DNA of 52,329 nucleotides from an uncultured Planctomycetota bacterium. Lineage in GTDB: Bacteria > Planctomycetota > Planctomycetia > Isosphaerales > Isosphaeraceae. The stretch covers positions 1 to 52,329 of the forward strand of contig CAWJTV010000008.1 of assembly GCA_963845755.1 (NCBI GenBank), read 5' to 3'. Under the pieces are notes generated by a model. That model worked only from the letters and a program-made list of their open reading frames with translations. It was not told the DNA's origin and did no database searches. The position numbers and the translations under genes are program-made. Positions 22,548 to 32,631 of the stretch are shown piece by piece; position 1 is the stretch's first letter, and each line of letters starts with the position of its first letter.

Positions 22548-23861
22548 TCAACGATTAGCGCCGTCCAACCCTTTCGCATGCTTGGACGTCCAAGCATCCC
22601 AACGGGCTCTAAGTGCGAGCGGGTGCGGTTTGTTCGGGAGGTGGTCGAGCGAGTCGAATCGGAAGTTCAGATCACTCGCAGATGGCCCACCTGGGACGAA
22701 TTCGAAAACGGTTGTTTCGGGGTCAATTGCGAATAGGAGTGAATCAAAAGCACGATGATGGGTTGCGCAAAAGACCAGACCGTTTCTAGGATCGTCAGTG
22801 CCTCGCTTTCCCTTCTCGGCGATGTGAGACGCATCCAAGAGTTCGGGAATCGATATCCCACACGCCGCGCATGCCACACCGTATCTCTTGATGACGGAGA
22901 ACTTGAACTTCTGCTGCCCGATGCGAGTCCGGGTCATACGCTTTGAATCGACTTCGTCTCCGAACAGACTGAACGGCTCTTGCTGTTCCTCAGCGGGAGG
23001 TCTTGACGGCTCTTTGCCGAACGTCACCCGGAACATCTTCGACTGATCGTCCCAGTCTTCGACCCAGCCGAGTCTCACACGTCTCAAACTCGAGTTTGGT
23101 GACGGGTAGGAGATGACGAACACGGGTAACCCGAGCGAACGGGCGGCTTTCGTTGCCTCTATCTCAGACAGATCCCGCGCGGGAGGGCGGTTGGTTTGAG
23201 GATAATGATAGATCAATCCATCCTCGCTCAAGTCATCGGCGTAGGACGACCCGGTATGAAGTAGACTAACCGTGATCCCCTTTCCGTTGCCGGATGCCGA
23301 CGCAGTTCGGGCCGCATCGACCCAGATGACCTGCGCTCCTCCGTAAACTCCAAGGTTGCGCAGAACAGAGGGCTCGACTCCGCGGTGCTCACCGGGGTCC
23401 TTCAGGCGTGCCCACAGATTCAAGCGCCGGTCCTTCTCCGCCTTCAGGGCCTCCGTCATGTTGACTGACTCGTGATTCTCTTCCCCTTCGATGATCAGTT
23501 GCGCACCGTGATAGCTGCTTACGTCAACATAACCGCCCCGATGCGTGACGTGAAGCTTCCCGTCCTTGAGTGCGAGGTTCCAACGAAGTACGCCACTGGC
23601 TTTCGTAACGCTCAGCGTGTCTTCGACAAGGAGATCGCGAATGAGCGAGTACGGAACCACATAGTGGTCACGTGTGTTCTTCGATCTGGTCCCGTAGACG
23701 ACGAGATTTGGTCCCTCGCGACCGTCACGCTTCGCTCGTTCGACAAGGTTGGACAACTTTGGCGGGAACACGGCGAAAAAGCCGGTGTCAGCGTTCGCCC
23801 TGACGACGTACTCTCCACGCTGTTGGAGGGCGTGCCTCAGTTTATGCGCAATGCTTTCCAT
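22548..23861 (-). CDS. HNH endonuclease with central SRA/YDG-like domain and extra N-terminal domain (putative modification-dependent restriction enzyme)
   Basis: LGVYGGAQVIWVD..VSLLHTGSSYADD..LIYHYP, and C-terminal CAACG..LDASHI..DDPRNGLVFCATHHRAFD. Confidence 0.8.
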   Translation of the reverse strand: MESIAHKLRHALQQRGEYVVRANADTGFFAVFPPKLSNLVERAKRDGREGPNLVVYGTRSKNTRDHYVVPYSLIRDLLVEDTLSVTKASGVLRWNLALKDGKLHVTHRGGYVDVSSYHGAQLIIEGEENHESVNMTEALKAEKDRRLNLWARLKDPGEHRGVEPSVLRNLGVYGGAQVIWVDAARTASASGNGKGITVSLLHTGSSYADDLSEDGLIYHYPQTNRPPARDLSEIEATKAARSLGLPVFVISYPSPNSSLRRVRLGWVEDWDDQSKMFRVTFGKEPSRPPAEEQQEPFSLFGDEVDSKRMTRTRIGQQKFKFSVIKRYGVACAACGISIPELLDASHIAEKGKRGTDDPRNGLVFCATHHRAFDSLLFAIDPETTVFEFVPGGPSASDLNFRFDSLDHLPNKPHPLALRARWDAWTSKHAKGLDGANR

Positions 23862-24213
23862 CCGCGAAGAACACGACAAGTGAGATAGACTATATCGAAG
23901 CAGACATCGACACTGATCAGAGTACCGCCGACCTCACGCCAGTACAATCGGGTAAGCGGCGTCTCATGCTCGCTCACTGCATCCTCCCACGACTAACGAT
24001 CGCGCGCTCAGAGGCGACCGCAGAAGCCCAAAGTCGGCCAGCCAGGGGCGGCGCCAGCGTCGGTCAGCCAGCCCCGAGGCGCCCATCCGCCGATTGGGAT
24101 ACCGCACGCTCGGGCGGCTCGTGGAGTCCCTCGGTTCTTGGCCTACCGATTTCGCCGCGGCGGGGTGCCGTAGACTCACGCCGGCCCCTGGTGCGCACGC
24201 GACCTGGTGCGGA

Positions 24214-25309
24214 TCAGCGACCCGCCTTCCACTCGTTCCACTCGTATTCAGCGGTGGCGCGAATCAGTGCCCGCCACTGGATTGCGTCGTGCAAGACAGT
24301 GATCAGGGGCCAGGCGAAGAAGACCCCCATCACGCAGGCCACCCGCAGCGGCAGCCAGGGTATTGAGAAGAAGGACCAGATGAGGGTGAAATAGAATATA
24401 CCGCTGAGACGCTCGAAGTCGGGATTGCGGCCCCGGAGGAGGCGGCGGAAGCCATTCCTCGCCAGCAGAGCCTCCGGCGGCGGCTTACGGCATGGGATGA
24501 TCGCGGCGGCGGCCAGGATCAGCAAACAGTACAGAATCTGGCCGGGGAATCGCGCGAGGTCAACCGGGTGGCCGGAGATGGCCAAGCCGGTGACGACCGC
24601 GAAAGTGAGGAGGCCGGCGGCCGAGACGGCCAGGGCGTCCATCCGGAACCGCGAGCGCCCGATCCCCAAGCTGCGGAGTACCTCCGCCAGTGTCGCGAGG
24701 GAGTCGGGGCGCTGCGTCAGAACGGTTCCAGGCGTACGCTGGGGCGGTCAGCGTCAGCGCGAACGCCGGCGACCGATGCGGTATGAGGGCCTCTGGCGAT
24801 GAGTCGTCGAGGGGAACGATCAGGACGAGGTCTGCTGATCGCATCGCGAGGCTGAATTCCTCCAGGAGCCACCTGCTCGTGAAGGTGGAGCGCGAGGTGA
24901 GGATCACGACCGCGGCCGACTGCACCAGGCGATGCTGGATATACCGGGCGATCCCCACACCTTTCCCCGCGTTCCGGACGAAGGGTTCCGCGTCCAGGGG
25001 CTGCTCGAAGATGGCCAATTCCAGACCGCTCGATTCGAGGGCTTGCGCCAAGCTCACGGCGGCGCCGCGGTCGGGGTCTCCCTTGTAGCTGATGAACGCG
25101 TGATAGCGAAAGCTGAAGGGCCGGTACGACTCGAGGACGGCCCTGGGGACCTCCCGGATCATCGCGAGCGGTCCACCCCGCATGACAGGGTAGTTGCCTT
25201 CCCGGATCATGTAGGTGCCGAGGGCAATCCCGCGGGCATAGGTCAGAACCGCAACGGCGCCGATGGAACCGGATATTATGAATAGAAGATTGAGCTTGAA
25301 TTATTCCAT
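24214..25309 (-). CDS. TM-TIR-multi-TM protein (stop at codon 3 and one frameshift near 24.7 kb)
   Basis: ME*FKLNLLFIISGSIGAVAVL is in frame with YHAFISYKG..AAVVILTS..SRWLLEEF (TIR). The hydrophobic C-terminal part lies in ORF 24214-24669. Confidence 0.65.
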
Positions 25310-25522
25310 GGACAGATCGACCCCAGCGGTTCGGACGTCGCGATGCAGCCCGGGGCACCACGCCAGTTTGCCACAGGAGGGGCCGGTCATCCAATGGTCG
25401 ATCCGATGTCGGCGCCGACGCGGTCGCTCAGCACCGAGTGGCGGCAAACACCCTGGTGCCGCCGTTCCCGTCGCGGTCGAGGATCGGTCCCTAGAGCGCG
25501 CTTCAGTCCCCAGACCGCCAGC

Positions 25523-26491
25523 TCACCCGAGATTCTTCGCCACTTCCTCGATCGTGGTGGGTGCGTGTCCTTCGAGCCGGTTGTTGACGAACAACCAGGA
25601 CGGGACCTTTCGGCGAAGCGACTGCCTGGCAATCTCGACCATCCCCTCCCGGGCACCCTCGTTCGGCTCCTGGAGGAGGTCGTAGGGCTCGAAGGACTCC
25701 ACCGCCTTCTCGTAGGTACGTCCTCGGGCCAACAGCGCCCGGACGACCGTGAAGTCCGCCGTGTAGGCGTCGGCGAGGCGACACTGCTGGTCGAGCACGG
25801 GCATTCGGGTCCAGGCGTTGAACACGTGGGCGACGTTGTGGGATGCCAGCAGTCTGAAGTATTCCGGCGACAGGTAGTTTTCGTTCCGGATCTCGACCGC
25901 ATATTGGAATCCGCCCGGCAGGGACCCGAGAAACGAATCAAGCCGTGCCAGGAAATCGCCGGGAGTGGGGAACGTGGTCTTGTTGAAGGTGCCGAACTCG
26001 AAGATCAGCGGACCGAGCCGTTCCTTGTAGGGCTCGAGCGGCTTTGCGAAGAACCGCTCGAAGGTCCTGGCATCGAGGAAGTGTTCATTCTCCAGGCCGG
26101 CACGCTTGCCGTACCGGGCATGCTTCGGCCAGACGGGAACCGTGATGTCTTCCGGCACCTTCAGGCCCAGGAGGAAGCCCGCCGGAATCTGGCCGAAGAG
26201 CCGTTCCCAATACTCCTCGGTCGGGAACTGGTAGAAGGCGAAGTCGCCGCAGACGGTCGGGAAGGTCTGGGTGTACTCGGCCAGGCACGTCTCCTCGAAC
26301 TTCTTCTTCGAGAGTTTGCCGCGCGTCACATACCGATCCCGGCAGTAAATGCTGCCAAGCCAACCCTCGTACTTCCAGGAACTGGTGCCGAAGTAGATAC
26401 CTTGCTCGGCGAGCGCCCGCAGCTTCGGCCGAAGGCGGGCGGCTTGTGGTGGCAGGTCGTCGGAGTCGTCGAACCCTGGGAACCGCGACAT
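25523..26491 (-). CDS. DUF72 domain-containing protein
   Basis: YFGTSSWKYEGW, LAEY..FPTVCGDFAFYQFP, LKVPEDIT, LGPLIFEF, YAVEIRN and FVNNRLEGHAP. Confidence 0.92.
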   Translation of the reverse strand: MSRFPGFDDSDDLPPQAARLRPKLRALAEQGIYFGTSSWKYEGWLGSIYCRDRYVTRGKLSKKKFEETCLAEYTQTFPTVCGDFAFYQFPTEEYWERLFGQIPAGFLLGLKVPEDITVPVWPKHARYGKRAGLENEHFLDARTFERFFAKPLEPYKERLGPLIFEFGTFNKTTFPTPGDFLARLDSFLGSLPGGFQYAVEIRNENYLSPEYFRLLASHNVAHVFNAWTRMPVLDQQCRLADAYTADFTVVRALLARGRTYEKAVESFEPYDLLQEPNEGAREGMVEIARQSLRRKVPSWLFVNNRLEGHAPTTIEEVAKNLG

Positions 26492-26582
26492 CGGATGGCC
26501 TCCTATGCGTACCGTAGGGCCACGCCCCCAGTATAACCGGCCCCTCGCACCGTCACATCCCGCCCCCTTGCCGACGATCAAT

Positions 26583-27052
26583 TCAAATCCGCTGATCGAT
26601 CAGCACCGGCATGCGGTCGGAGCCCGTCATCACCTTGTAATAATGTGATGCTGGCTCGCAGATCATATAACAGACCGCCCAGCCCTGCTCGTCGGGCACG
26701 AGCAATCCCCGGACACCCGTCTCGATCAGGAACCAGACGCCTCGCCGCTCCAGCCCGTAATTCGCCGGGATTTCGACCGGCACGCACCGGCTGCCCTGCC
26801 ATCGCCCTTCGCGGATTGAAGCCTCCCAGGTCCAGCCGGTCCGCGGCAAGATTCGGCTTCGGCCCCGGCCATTCCCCCATCGGGCGATCTGGAGTTGCCC
26901 GTCTCGCCAGATCGGCAGGCAAGGGTGACGGTCGCGGAAGAGGAAACGGTATTCCTCCCGGCGCCGCGCCGGTGGAGGCGGCGTTGCAGCCCGAATCGCC
27001 CGATCAACTCCGTAGGCAGTTCGCTCCCTGCGACGGCAATCCCGAGACACAC
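26583..27052 (-). CDS. Divergent SRAP/HMCES (YedK-like) family protein (frameshift near 26960)
   Basis: GGAGG RBS, then GTG-TGT giving N-terminal Cys2 (MCLGIA). Also ARWGN, VEIPANYGLE and C-terminal DRMPVLI. Confidence 0.65.
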
Positions 27053-27112
27053 GCCGGTTCTTCCCGCCTCCACCGCCTTGACTGTCCGCCTGTTTATAGT
27101 ACGCTTTTGTTC

Positions 27113-28338
27113 ATGGGGCGACAAGGGCCGGTCGGACATGTTGACGCCGATGCGTTCTACGTCTCCGCGGAACGGGTTCGCTACGCCGCACCTGGCCGAC
27201 ATGCCGGTCGGGGTGCTGGGGAATCAGGGCGCGTGCGTCATCGCCAAGTCCTACGAGATGAAGGCCCTGGGCGTGAAAACGGGCATGCCCATCTGGGACG
27301 CGCAGCGGCTCTGCCCCGACGGCCTCTACGTCAAGCGGGATTTCCGATGGTATGAGGTGCTCTCGCGGATGATGCTCGAGGCCGTCCGCGACCTCTCGCC
27401 GAGGGTCGAGTATTACAGCATCGACGAATTCTTTTTCGATGCCTCGGTCGCCCCGGCCGATGATTTCCAGTCCTTCGCGGTGACGATTCGGGACGAGATC
27501 ATGGGGCGCGTCCATGTCCCGGTGACCGTCGGGATCGCCCGCACGCGCACGCTGGCCAAGCTGATCTCTGACGCCGCCAAGCCATTCGGGGCGATGGCGG
27601 TCTTGGACCGAGGCACCGAGGAATCGTTGCTGGCCGCCCACCCGGTTACGGATGTCACGGGCATTTCCGGACGGCGGGAAAAGCGGCTTATCCCGTGGGG
27701 CATTCGCACATGCCTCGATCTCGCCCAGGCCGACCGGCGGTTAATCCGGCAGATCCTGACCGCCAGCGGCGAAGCGTTGTGGTGGGAACTCAACGGCGAT
27801 CCGGTCCTCCCGATCCGAACGCAGCGGATGCCGCACAAGATCCTCTCCCGCGGCGGAAGCTTCGGCGAGCCGACCGATGTCCCCTCCGTGCTCTGGGCGT
27901 GGCTGGTGCGCGAATCTCGAGCGGCTGATCGAGGAGTTGGTCTACCACCGGGTGCTGACCGGCCGCATAGCGGTCTGGGTGGGATATCGAGACGGCCGCG
28001 CGGGCGAAGGACGAGCGACTTTGCAGGTGCCGACCAACCGATTTGACGCCCTGCTGGAAACGTACCGGCCTTGCCTCCGGAGCGCATGGATACCTCGGAC
28101 GCTCGCTGCGCGGATGCACCTGTTCGCCGAGGATCTGACGCCGGACGTTCCGCGGCAACTGGGTTTGTTCGATGGCCTGGACGTGGCCGACGCCGCGACC
28201 GAGTTGAAGCGAACGATCAATCAAAAGCACGGTCGATTCGCGCTGAGGAGCGCCGCGACACTGCCGCTAGCGCCGATCTATGCCGACAACGCCCAGGCGT
28301 ACGACATCTGCGACGTGCACGGCAAGATGTGTTTCTGA
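27113..28338 (+). CDS. dinB: Y-family (DinB/UmuC-like) DNA polymerase (2 frameshifts)
   Basis: HVDADAFYVSAE, VIAKSYEMKALGVKTGMP, YSIDEFF, TVGIA..RTLAKL..KPFG and clamp-binding motif QLGLF. Confidence 0.9.
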
Positions 28339-28542
28339 ACTGGGAATCGAGCTTGCCTCCGAGTCCCGGCCATCCGGGATACGCCCGACCGAGCACCGCG
28401 GACACAGCCATGCCCGACCGGAACTCATAGGATAAGGCTCAGGTGTCATACCCCGACTTCCAATCAAGTTGGCTTGAGCCGATCGCTCGAACTGACTATG
28501 CTGGCGGGACGTAAGTTCTTCTCCTAACTGGTCAATCCTTCC

Positions 28543-29646
28543 ATGACACACCCGTTCGAGCTGGACGCGGCGATCGGGCTGGACGCCGCGTGGCTCCTAA
28601 CTGCGCAGGTCGAAGTCCGGAGCTTGGTCCCACACCCCGCCGAAGCCGAGACGCACACGTTGCCAGTCGCCCTCATGGTAGGCATGGCGCTGGCCGGCAT
28701 CGCCGCCCTGGCCTGGCTCTACGTCCGCAAGCGGCGTGTGCAGGAGATCGTCGATGCGCAGTTCAAGGGGTTCCGCGAGCGTGCCGTCGCGCTGATGGAC
28801 CAGCTCGACGCCCTGCGCAAGCGTCAGAGTGAGCTCCCCACGACCGATCCCGACTTCACCGAGCCGATGGCGGGCGCCACGCTGTCGCTCTACCAGGGGG
28901 TCAGCTCCGACCTGGACGCCCTCTGGGAGCGCTGGCTCCGCGTGATGGACATCTGGAAGACGGCCCAGGGTCGGCTCCAGTCTGACTCGGGGTTGACCAC
29001 CCAGGCGGCGCGCGACGCCGGGGCGCTGTTGAAGTCCGGCGACCTCGACCGGCTGCATGCCCTGGCCGGCTCGTGCAAGGAGCAGCTCGACCGGCTCAAC
29101 ATCGCCCACGAGCGCGCCCGAGCCGCCTTGAAGTCGGGTCGCCAAGAGCTGGCGCGACTGCGCGGCGCCGTCGACCGGGGGACCGGCGTGCTCTTGCCCG
29201 ACGACCCCCACCACGCCGAGATCGAGTCGGCCGAGGCCGCCTTTTCCGAGGCCGAGTCCCGCCTGGCGTCCGACCCGATCGGCGCCGAGAGCACCATCCA
29301 GCGGACCCGCCAGGCCGTTGCTGCCGCCTCCGTGCCCCCCCAACCCATTCCCGGCCGACCCTGGGGACCCTCCGCCATTTCGATCTTCGACGATCTGGCC
29401 TCCGCCGCCGACGGCCTCCGCTCGACTATCGCCCGGCTCAGGGTTTTCGACCTGATCGGCTGGTTCGTCCGGATCTGGCTCTTCGTCTGGGTCGCCGGCC
29501 TGCTCCTGGCCGTCTTCACTACCGTCCTGCCCCTGGCGCTGCTCGCCCTCGGCCTGCTCCTCATGCTGACCCTCGGCTGTGGGTTCGTCCGCCTCCTGCT
29601 CTTGTTCCTCGGCATCGGCCCCTGGACGTCCCGGCGCTTACGGTGA
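28543..29646 (+). CDS. Membrane-anchored coiled-coil hypothetical protein
   Basis: Long ORF with GC-rich third positions, an N-terminal TM, a helical middle region and two C-terminal TMs. Confidence 0.7.
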   Translation: MTHPFELDAAIGLDAAWLLTAQVEVRSLVPHPAEAETHTLPVALMVGMALAGIAALAWLYVRKRRVQEIVDAQFKGFRERAVALMDQLDALRKRQSELPTTDPDFTEPMAGATLSLYQGVSSDLDALWERWLRVMDIWKTAQGRLQSDSGLTTQAARDAGALLKSGDLDRLHALAGSCKEQLDRLNIAHERARAALKSGRQELARLRGAVDRGTGVLLPDDPHHAEIESAEAAFSEAESRLASDPIGAESTIQRTRQAVAAASVPPQPIPGRPWGPSAISIFDDLASAADGLRSTIARLRVFDLIGWFVRIWLFVWVAGLLLAVFTTVLPLALLALGLLLMLTLGCGFVRLLLLFLGIGPWTSRRLR

Positions 29647-29731
29647 GGTGGCTCCGCCGTTGCCCTCATCTTGCGTGCCCGTCAAACTGGCACAGGTCCG
29701 GCAACGACAAGGCGGGAGTGTCGGCCGGGCC
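29642..29731 (+). repeat. Intergenic repeat copy 1 (31-bp core identical to 36529-36559)
   Basis: GCAACGACAAGGCGGGAGTGTCGGCCGGGCC at 29701-29731, with an upstream CGTTGC able to pair with GCAACG. Confidence 0.85.
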
Positions 29732-29783
29732 GGACGCCAGATCGATCGTGTAGGAGACAGTCGTCATCCACAGGAAGGCCACC

Positions 29784-30137
29784 ATGACCATGACTCGCCG
29801 AAGGCTGTTGACCGCCACACCTGCCTTGTTGGTCTCGCCAGTTCGCTTCGGCCCCGTCGCCGACCCGGGGCTGCCACCACTGCCGGAGCCAGGTCAGCCG
29901 ATGGAGCAGGTCCTTCGCGACTTAATCGCCTGGCACGGCAGTACGGCGGCGGCTGTCGAGGCGCTGACGCAGGGGTTGGACCAAGAGTTGGGCGAGTACG
30001 TCGATGACGAGCAGTACAACGCGATCAAACCGCACCTCGAACGGCTTGAGGACTGGGCCGGCGCTCGGATGGTTGACGAGGAAACCTACGAGGACCGCGT
30101 CCAGGCGGCTTGTGCGAAATATGGGTACGTGCGGTGA
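29784..30137 (+). CDS. Small hypothetical protein with Tat-like N-terminus
   Basis: AGGAAG RBS, MTMTRRRLL, and an acidic helical body. Confidence 0.65.
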   Translation: MTMTRRRLLTATPALLVSPVRFGPVADPGLPPLPEPGQPMEQVLRDLIAWHGSTAAAVEALTQGLDQELGEYVDDEQYNAIKPHLERLEDWAGARMVDEETYEDRVQAACAKYGYVR

Positions 30138-30294
30138 TCGGCTGGCAGCCGTTCAACCTCATCGGTCCCGGCATGATCTCGGCCGCACCAGGTGATCCCC
30201 TCAGATTCGCCTCCAGGGCATGGACTGCCTGGGATGGGGTCGCGTATCATCCGCCAGGTGTTGAAGACCGGATAACCGATGCGGCGAGGGATCG

Positions 30295-32182
30295 ATGCCC
30301 AAGATCTTCCTCTCCTACCGACGCCAGGATTCGGCCGGCGTGGCCGGACGGATCTACGACCGTCTGCGTGCCCACTTCGGCAAAGACGCGGTCTTCATGG
30401 ACATCGATGCCATTCCCTTCGGCGTCGACTTCCGGGAACACATCGCCTCGGCGGTCAATCAGTGCGGCATCCTGCTGGCCGTGATCGGTCGCGACTGGGC
30501 GGGTGAAGCCGGCGGTGCCCGTCGGATCGACGATCCCCGCGATTTCGTCCGGATCGAGATCGAGTCGGCGCTGGAGCGGAACCTCCCCGTGGTCCCGATC
30601 CTGATCGACCGCGCCACGATGCCCGGTGAGGCGGACCTGCCGCCGTCGCTGGCCCGGCTGGCCTATCGCAACGCGATCGCTCTGGATCCGGGGCGGGACT
30701 TCCACCACCATGCCGACCAACTCATCCACGGGATCGACCGCGCCCTCCGACAGTCCAAGCGATCCCGACCGTTGACGCGGCACTCTGTGCTCGGGCCTCG
30801 GGTCTACCTGGCCGCGCTGCCCTTGCTGGCGATCGTGGGGATCATCATCCACATCGTCACCGACACCGGCACGGTCAAGATCACCGGAACCGGCCCGAAG
30901 TTGGTCGTCCGGGTCGACCGCGGCCGCGAGATCCGGATCGAGAACCTGGGTGAGCCCATCACCCTGCGGACCGGGGCGCATGACCTGGAGGTCAAACGGG
31001 GTGACCTGTGGGTCAAGACCCAGACGTTTCAGATCCGGCGTGGGCAGGAAACGCCACTGGAGGTGACGTTCACTCCCAACCTGCCTCTGACCGAGCCGGG
31101 CGGTAGCGAGAGACTGAAACCTCCCGGCTCTAACGGGACCGGCGAACCCAAACCGGTGACACCCACGGCCCATGTGGAATCCCGCAAGCCCGCGCCGCCG
31201 TCGCCCAAAGCCGAGTCACTCTCGACGCAGCCGCAGAAGGAATTGACGAACTCGATCGGGATGAAGCTGACCCTGATCCCGGCCGGTGAGTTCCAGATGG
31301 GCTCGGATGAAAGCGACGAGGACGCGTACGACGATGAGTTTGTGGTCAACGCCAGCGGGAACAAGCAGAAGCATCGGGTGCGGATCACCCGGCCGTTTTA
31401 CCTGGGCGTCACCGAGGTGACCCGTGGCCAGTTCCGGCGGTTCGTGGACGAGGCCGGCTACCAGACCGAAGCCGAGAAGGACGGCAACGGCGGTTGGGGC
31501 TGGAATGAGGCGACGAAGCAGTTCGAGAAGAGTCCGAAGTTCACCTGGCAGAGCGGGATTCGAGCAGACCGACGACCATCCGGTGGTCAACGTGAGCTGG
31601 AACGACGCGCAGGCATTCCTTGCTTGGCTGAGCCGGAAGGAAGGGAGAACCTACCGGCTACCGACCGAGGCCGAATGGGAATACGCCTGCCGCGCCGGGA
31701 CGACGACCCGCTACTGCTTCGGCAATGACCACGAGGGCCTGGCGGCGTTCGGCAACATTGCCGATGCCACGGCGAAAGAGAAGTATCCGGATTGGACGAC
31801 AATCGCGGCGCGGTTTCACGCGGCCCGAGAAGGTATAATTCTTCCAGGTGAGAAGTATCCGGATTGGACGACGATCGCGGCGCGGGACGGTTACGTCTAC
31901 ACGGCGCCGATCGGTCGCTACCAGCCGAATGCCTGGGGTCTCTCCGACATGCACGGGAATGTCTGGGAGTGGTGTTCGGATGGGTATGCGGCCGATTATT
32001 ACAAGGAGTCGCCGGTGGACGATCCGCCGGGCGCTGCTCGGGCCTCGGCCCGGGTGTACCGTGGCGGCGGCTGGGGCTTCGGGCCGCGCCTCGCCAAGTC
32101 GGCGTACCGCCACTGGCGCACGCCGGGGTACCGGAGCCTCGACCTGGGCTTTCGCCTCGCCCGAGAGGAGTCTGGCCGCTGA
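30295..32182 (+). CDS. TIR - TM - beta linker - FGE-sulfatase (SUMF1/C-type-lectin fold) protein (frameshift near 31550)
   Basis: IFLSYRRQDS..VFMDID.IPFG.DF..FVRIEIE (TIR) and TM YLAALPLLAIVGIIIHI. Then NSIGMKL..IPAGEFQMGS, HPVVNVSWNDA, RLPTEAEWEYACRAG, DMHGNVWEWC, RGGGW and LGFRLA. Confidence 0.9.
31778..31885 (+). repeat. 36-bp direct repeat pair separated by a 36-bp unique insert, in frame
   Basis: GAGAAGTATCCGGATTGGACGAC(A/G)ATCGCGGCGCGG at 31778-31813 and 31850-31885 (35/36 identical). Confidence 0.95.
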
Positions 32183-32252
32183 GCCAGGCAGGGGCTCGCC
32201 ACCGGGCTCGCAGAAGGTTGGCCGGTGGTGCGGCAGAGCCACAGAGAGGTAG

Positions 32253-32344
32253 CGTTCCCCTTCGGCCACACCAGCCCGTCGTGGGGTCGGATGATCCAGC
32301 ATCCGGACGGGCGGGTCGAGGATGAGCCGTGGCCGTGGCCTTGA
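32253..32344 (+). repeat. Hairpin-micro-ORF unit, copy C (3' half only)
   Basis: FPFGHTSPSWGRMIQHPDGRVEDEPWPWP* matches the C-terminus of copy B. Confidence 0.85.
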
Positions 32345-32631
32345 CCTCTCTGGACCCCCGGGGCTGAACGTGATGGTTCATTGATTCCACCGACAACTCG
32401 ATCTCGCCTTTTTTTCTTGACATGCGTATCCAAATCGGTTCAATATGCGGATCCGGCAGAGTTGAGCCGGGTTGCAGTTGGGTCAGCGTTCATCATCCTA
32501 CTCCCGGCACAGACTCCGCAGAATCAGGCCGATGTCCCGCAGATTCCTCAGGAATCTCACCGCCCGAGGCGGTGGATTTGTCCTTGACTAAGGGGCTTCA
32601 ATTGATTCTCCAATTGGGAGGAGCGTGTCCA

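Noticed and set aside
21613..22551. 312-aa ORF as a real gene
   Set aside because: It is a chimeric read-through of the nuclease 5' fragment into IS21 sequence.
27060..27112. LexA box or sigma70 promoter between SRAP and polymerase
   Set aside because: GTAC-N6-GTTC does not match the LexA spacings I know, and TTGACT and TATAGT are only 11 nt apart.
31778..31885. CRISPR array
   Set aside because: There are only two repeats, they code in frame within a conserved domain, and the window has no leader or cas genes. Kept only as an unusual insertion.
32040..32182. DGR variable region at the FGE domain C-terminus
   Set aside because: No template repeat or reverse transcriptase is visible in the window. 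A remote DGR cannot be excluded.
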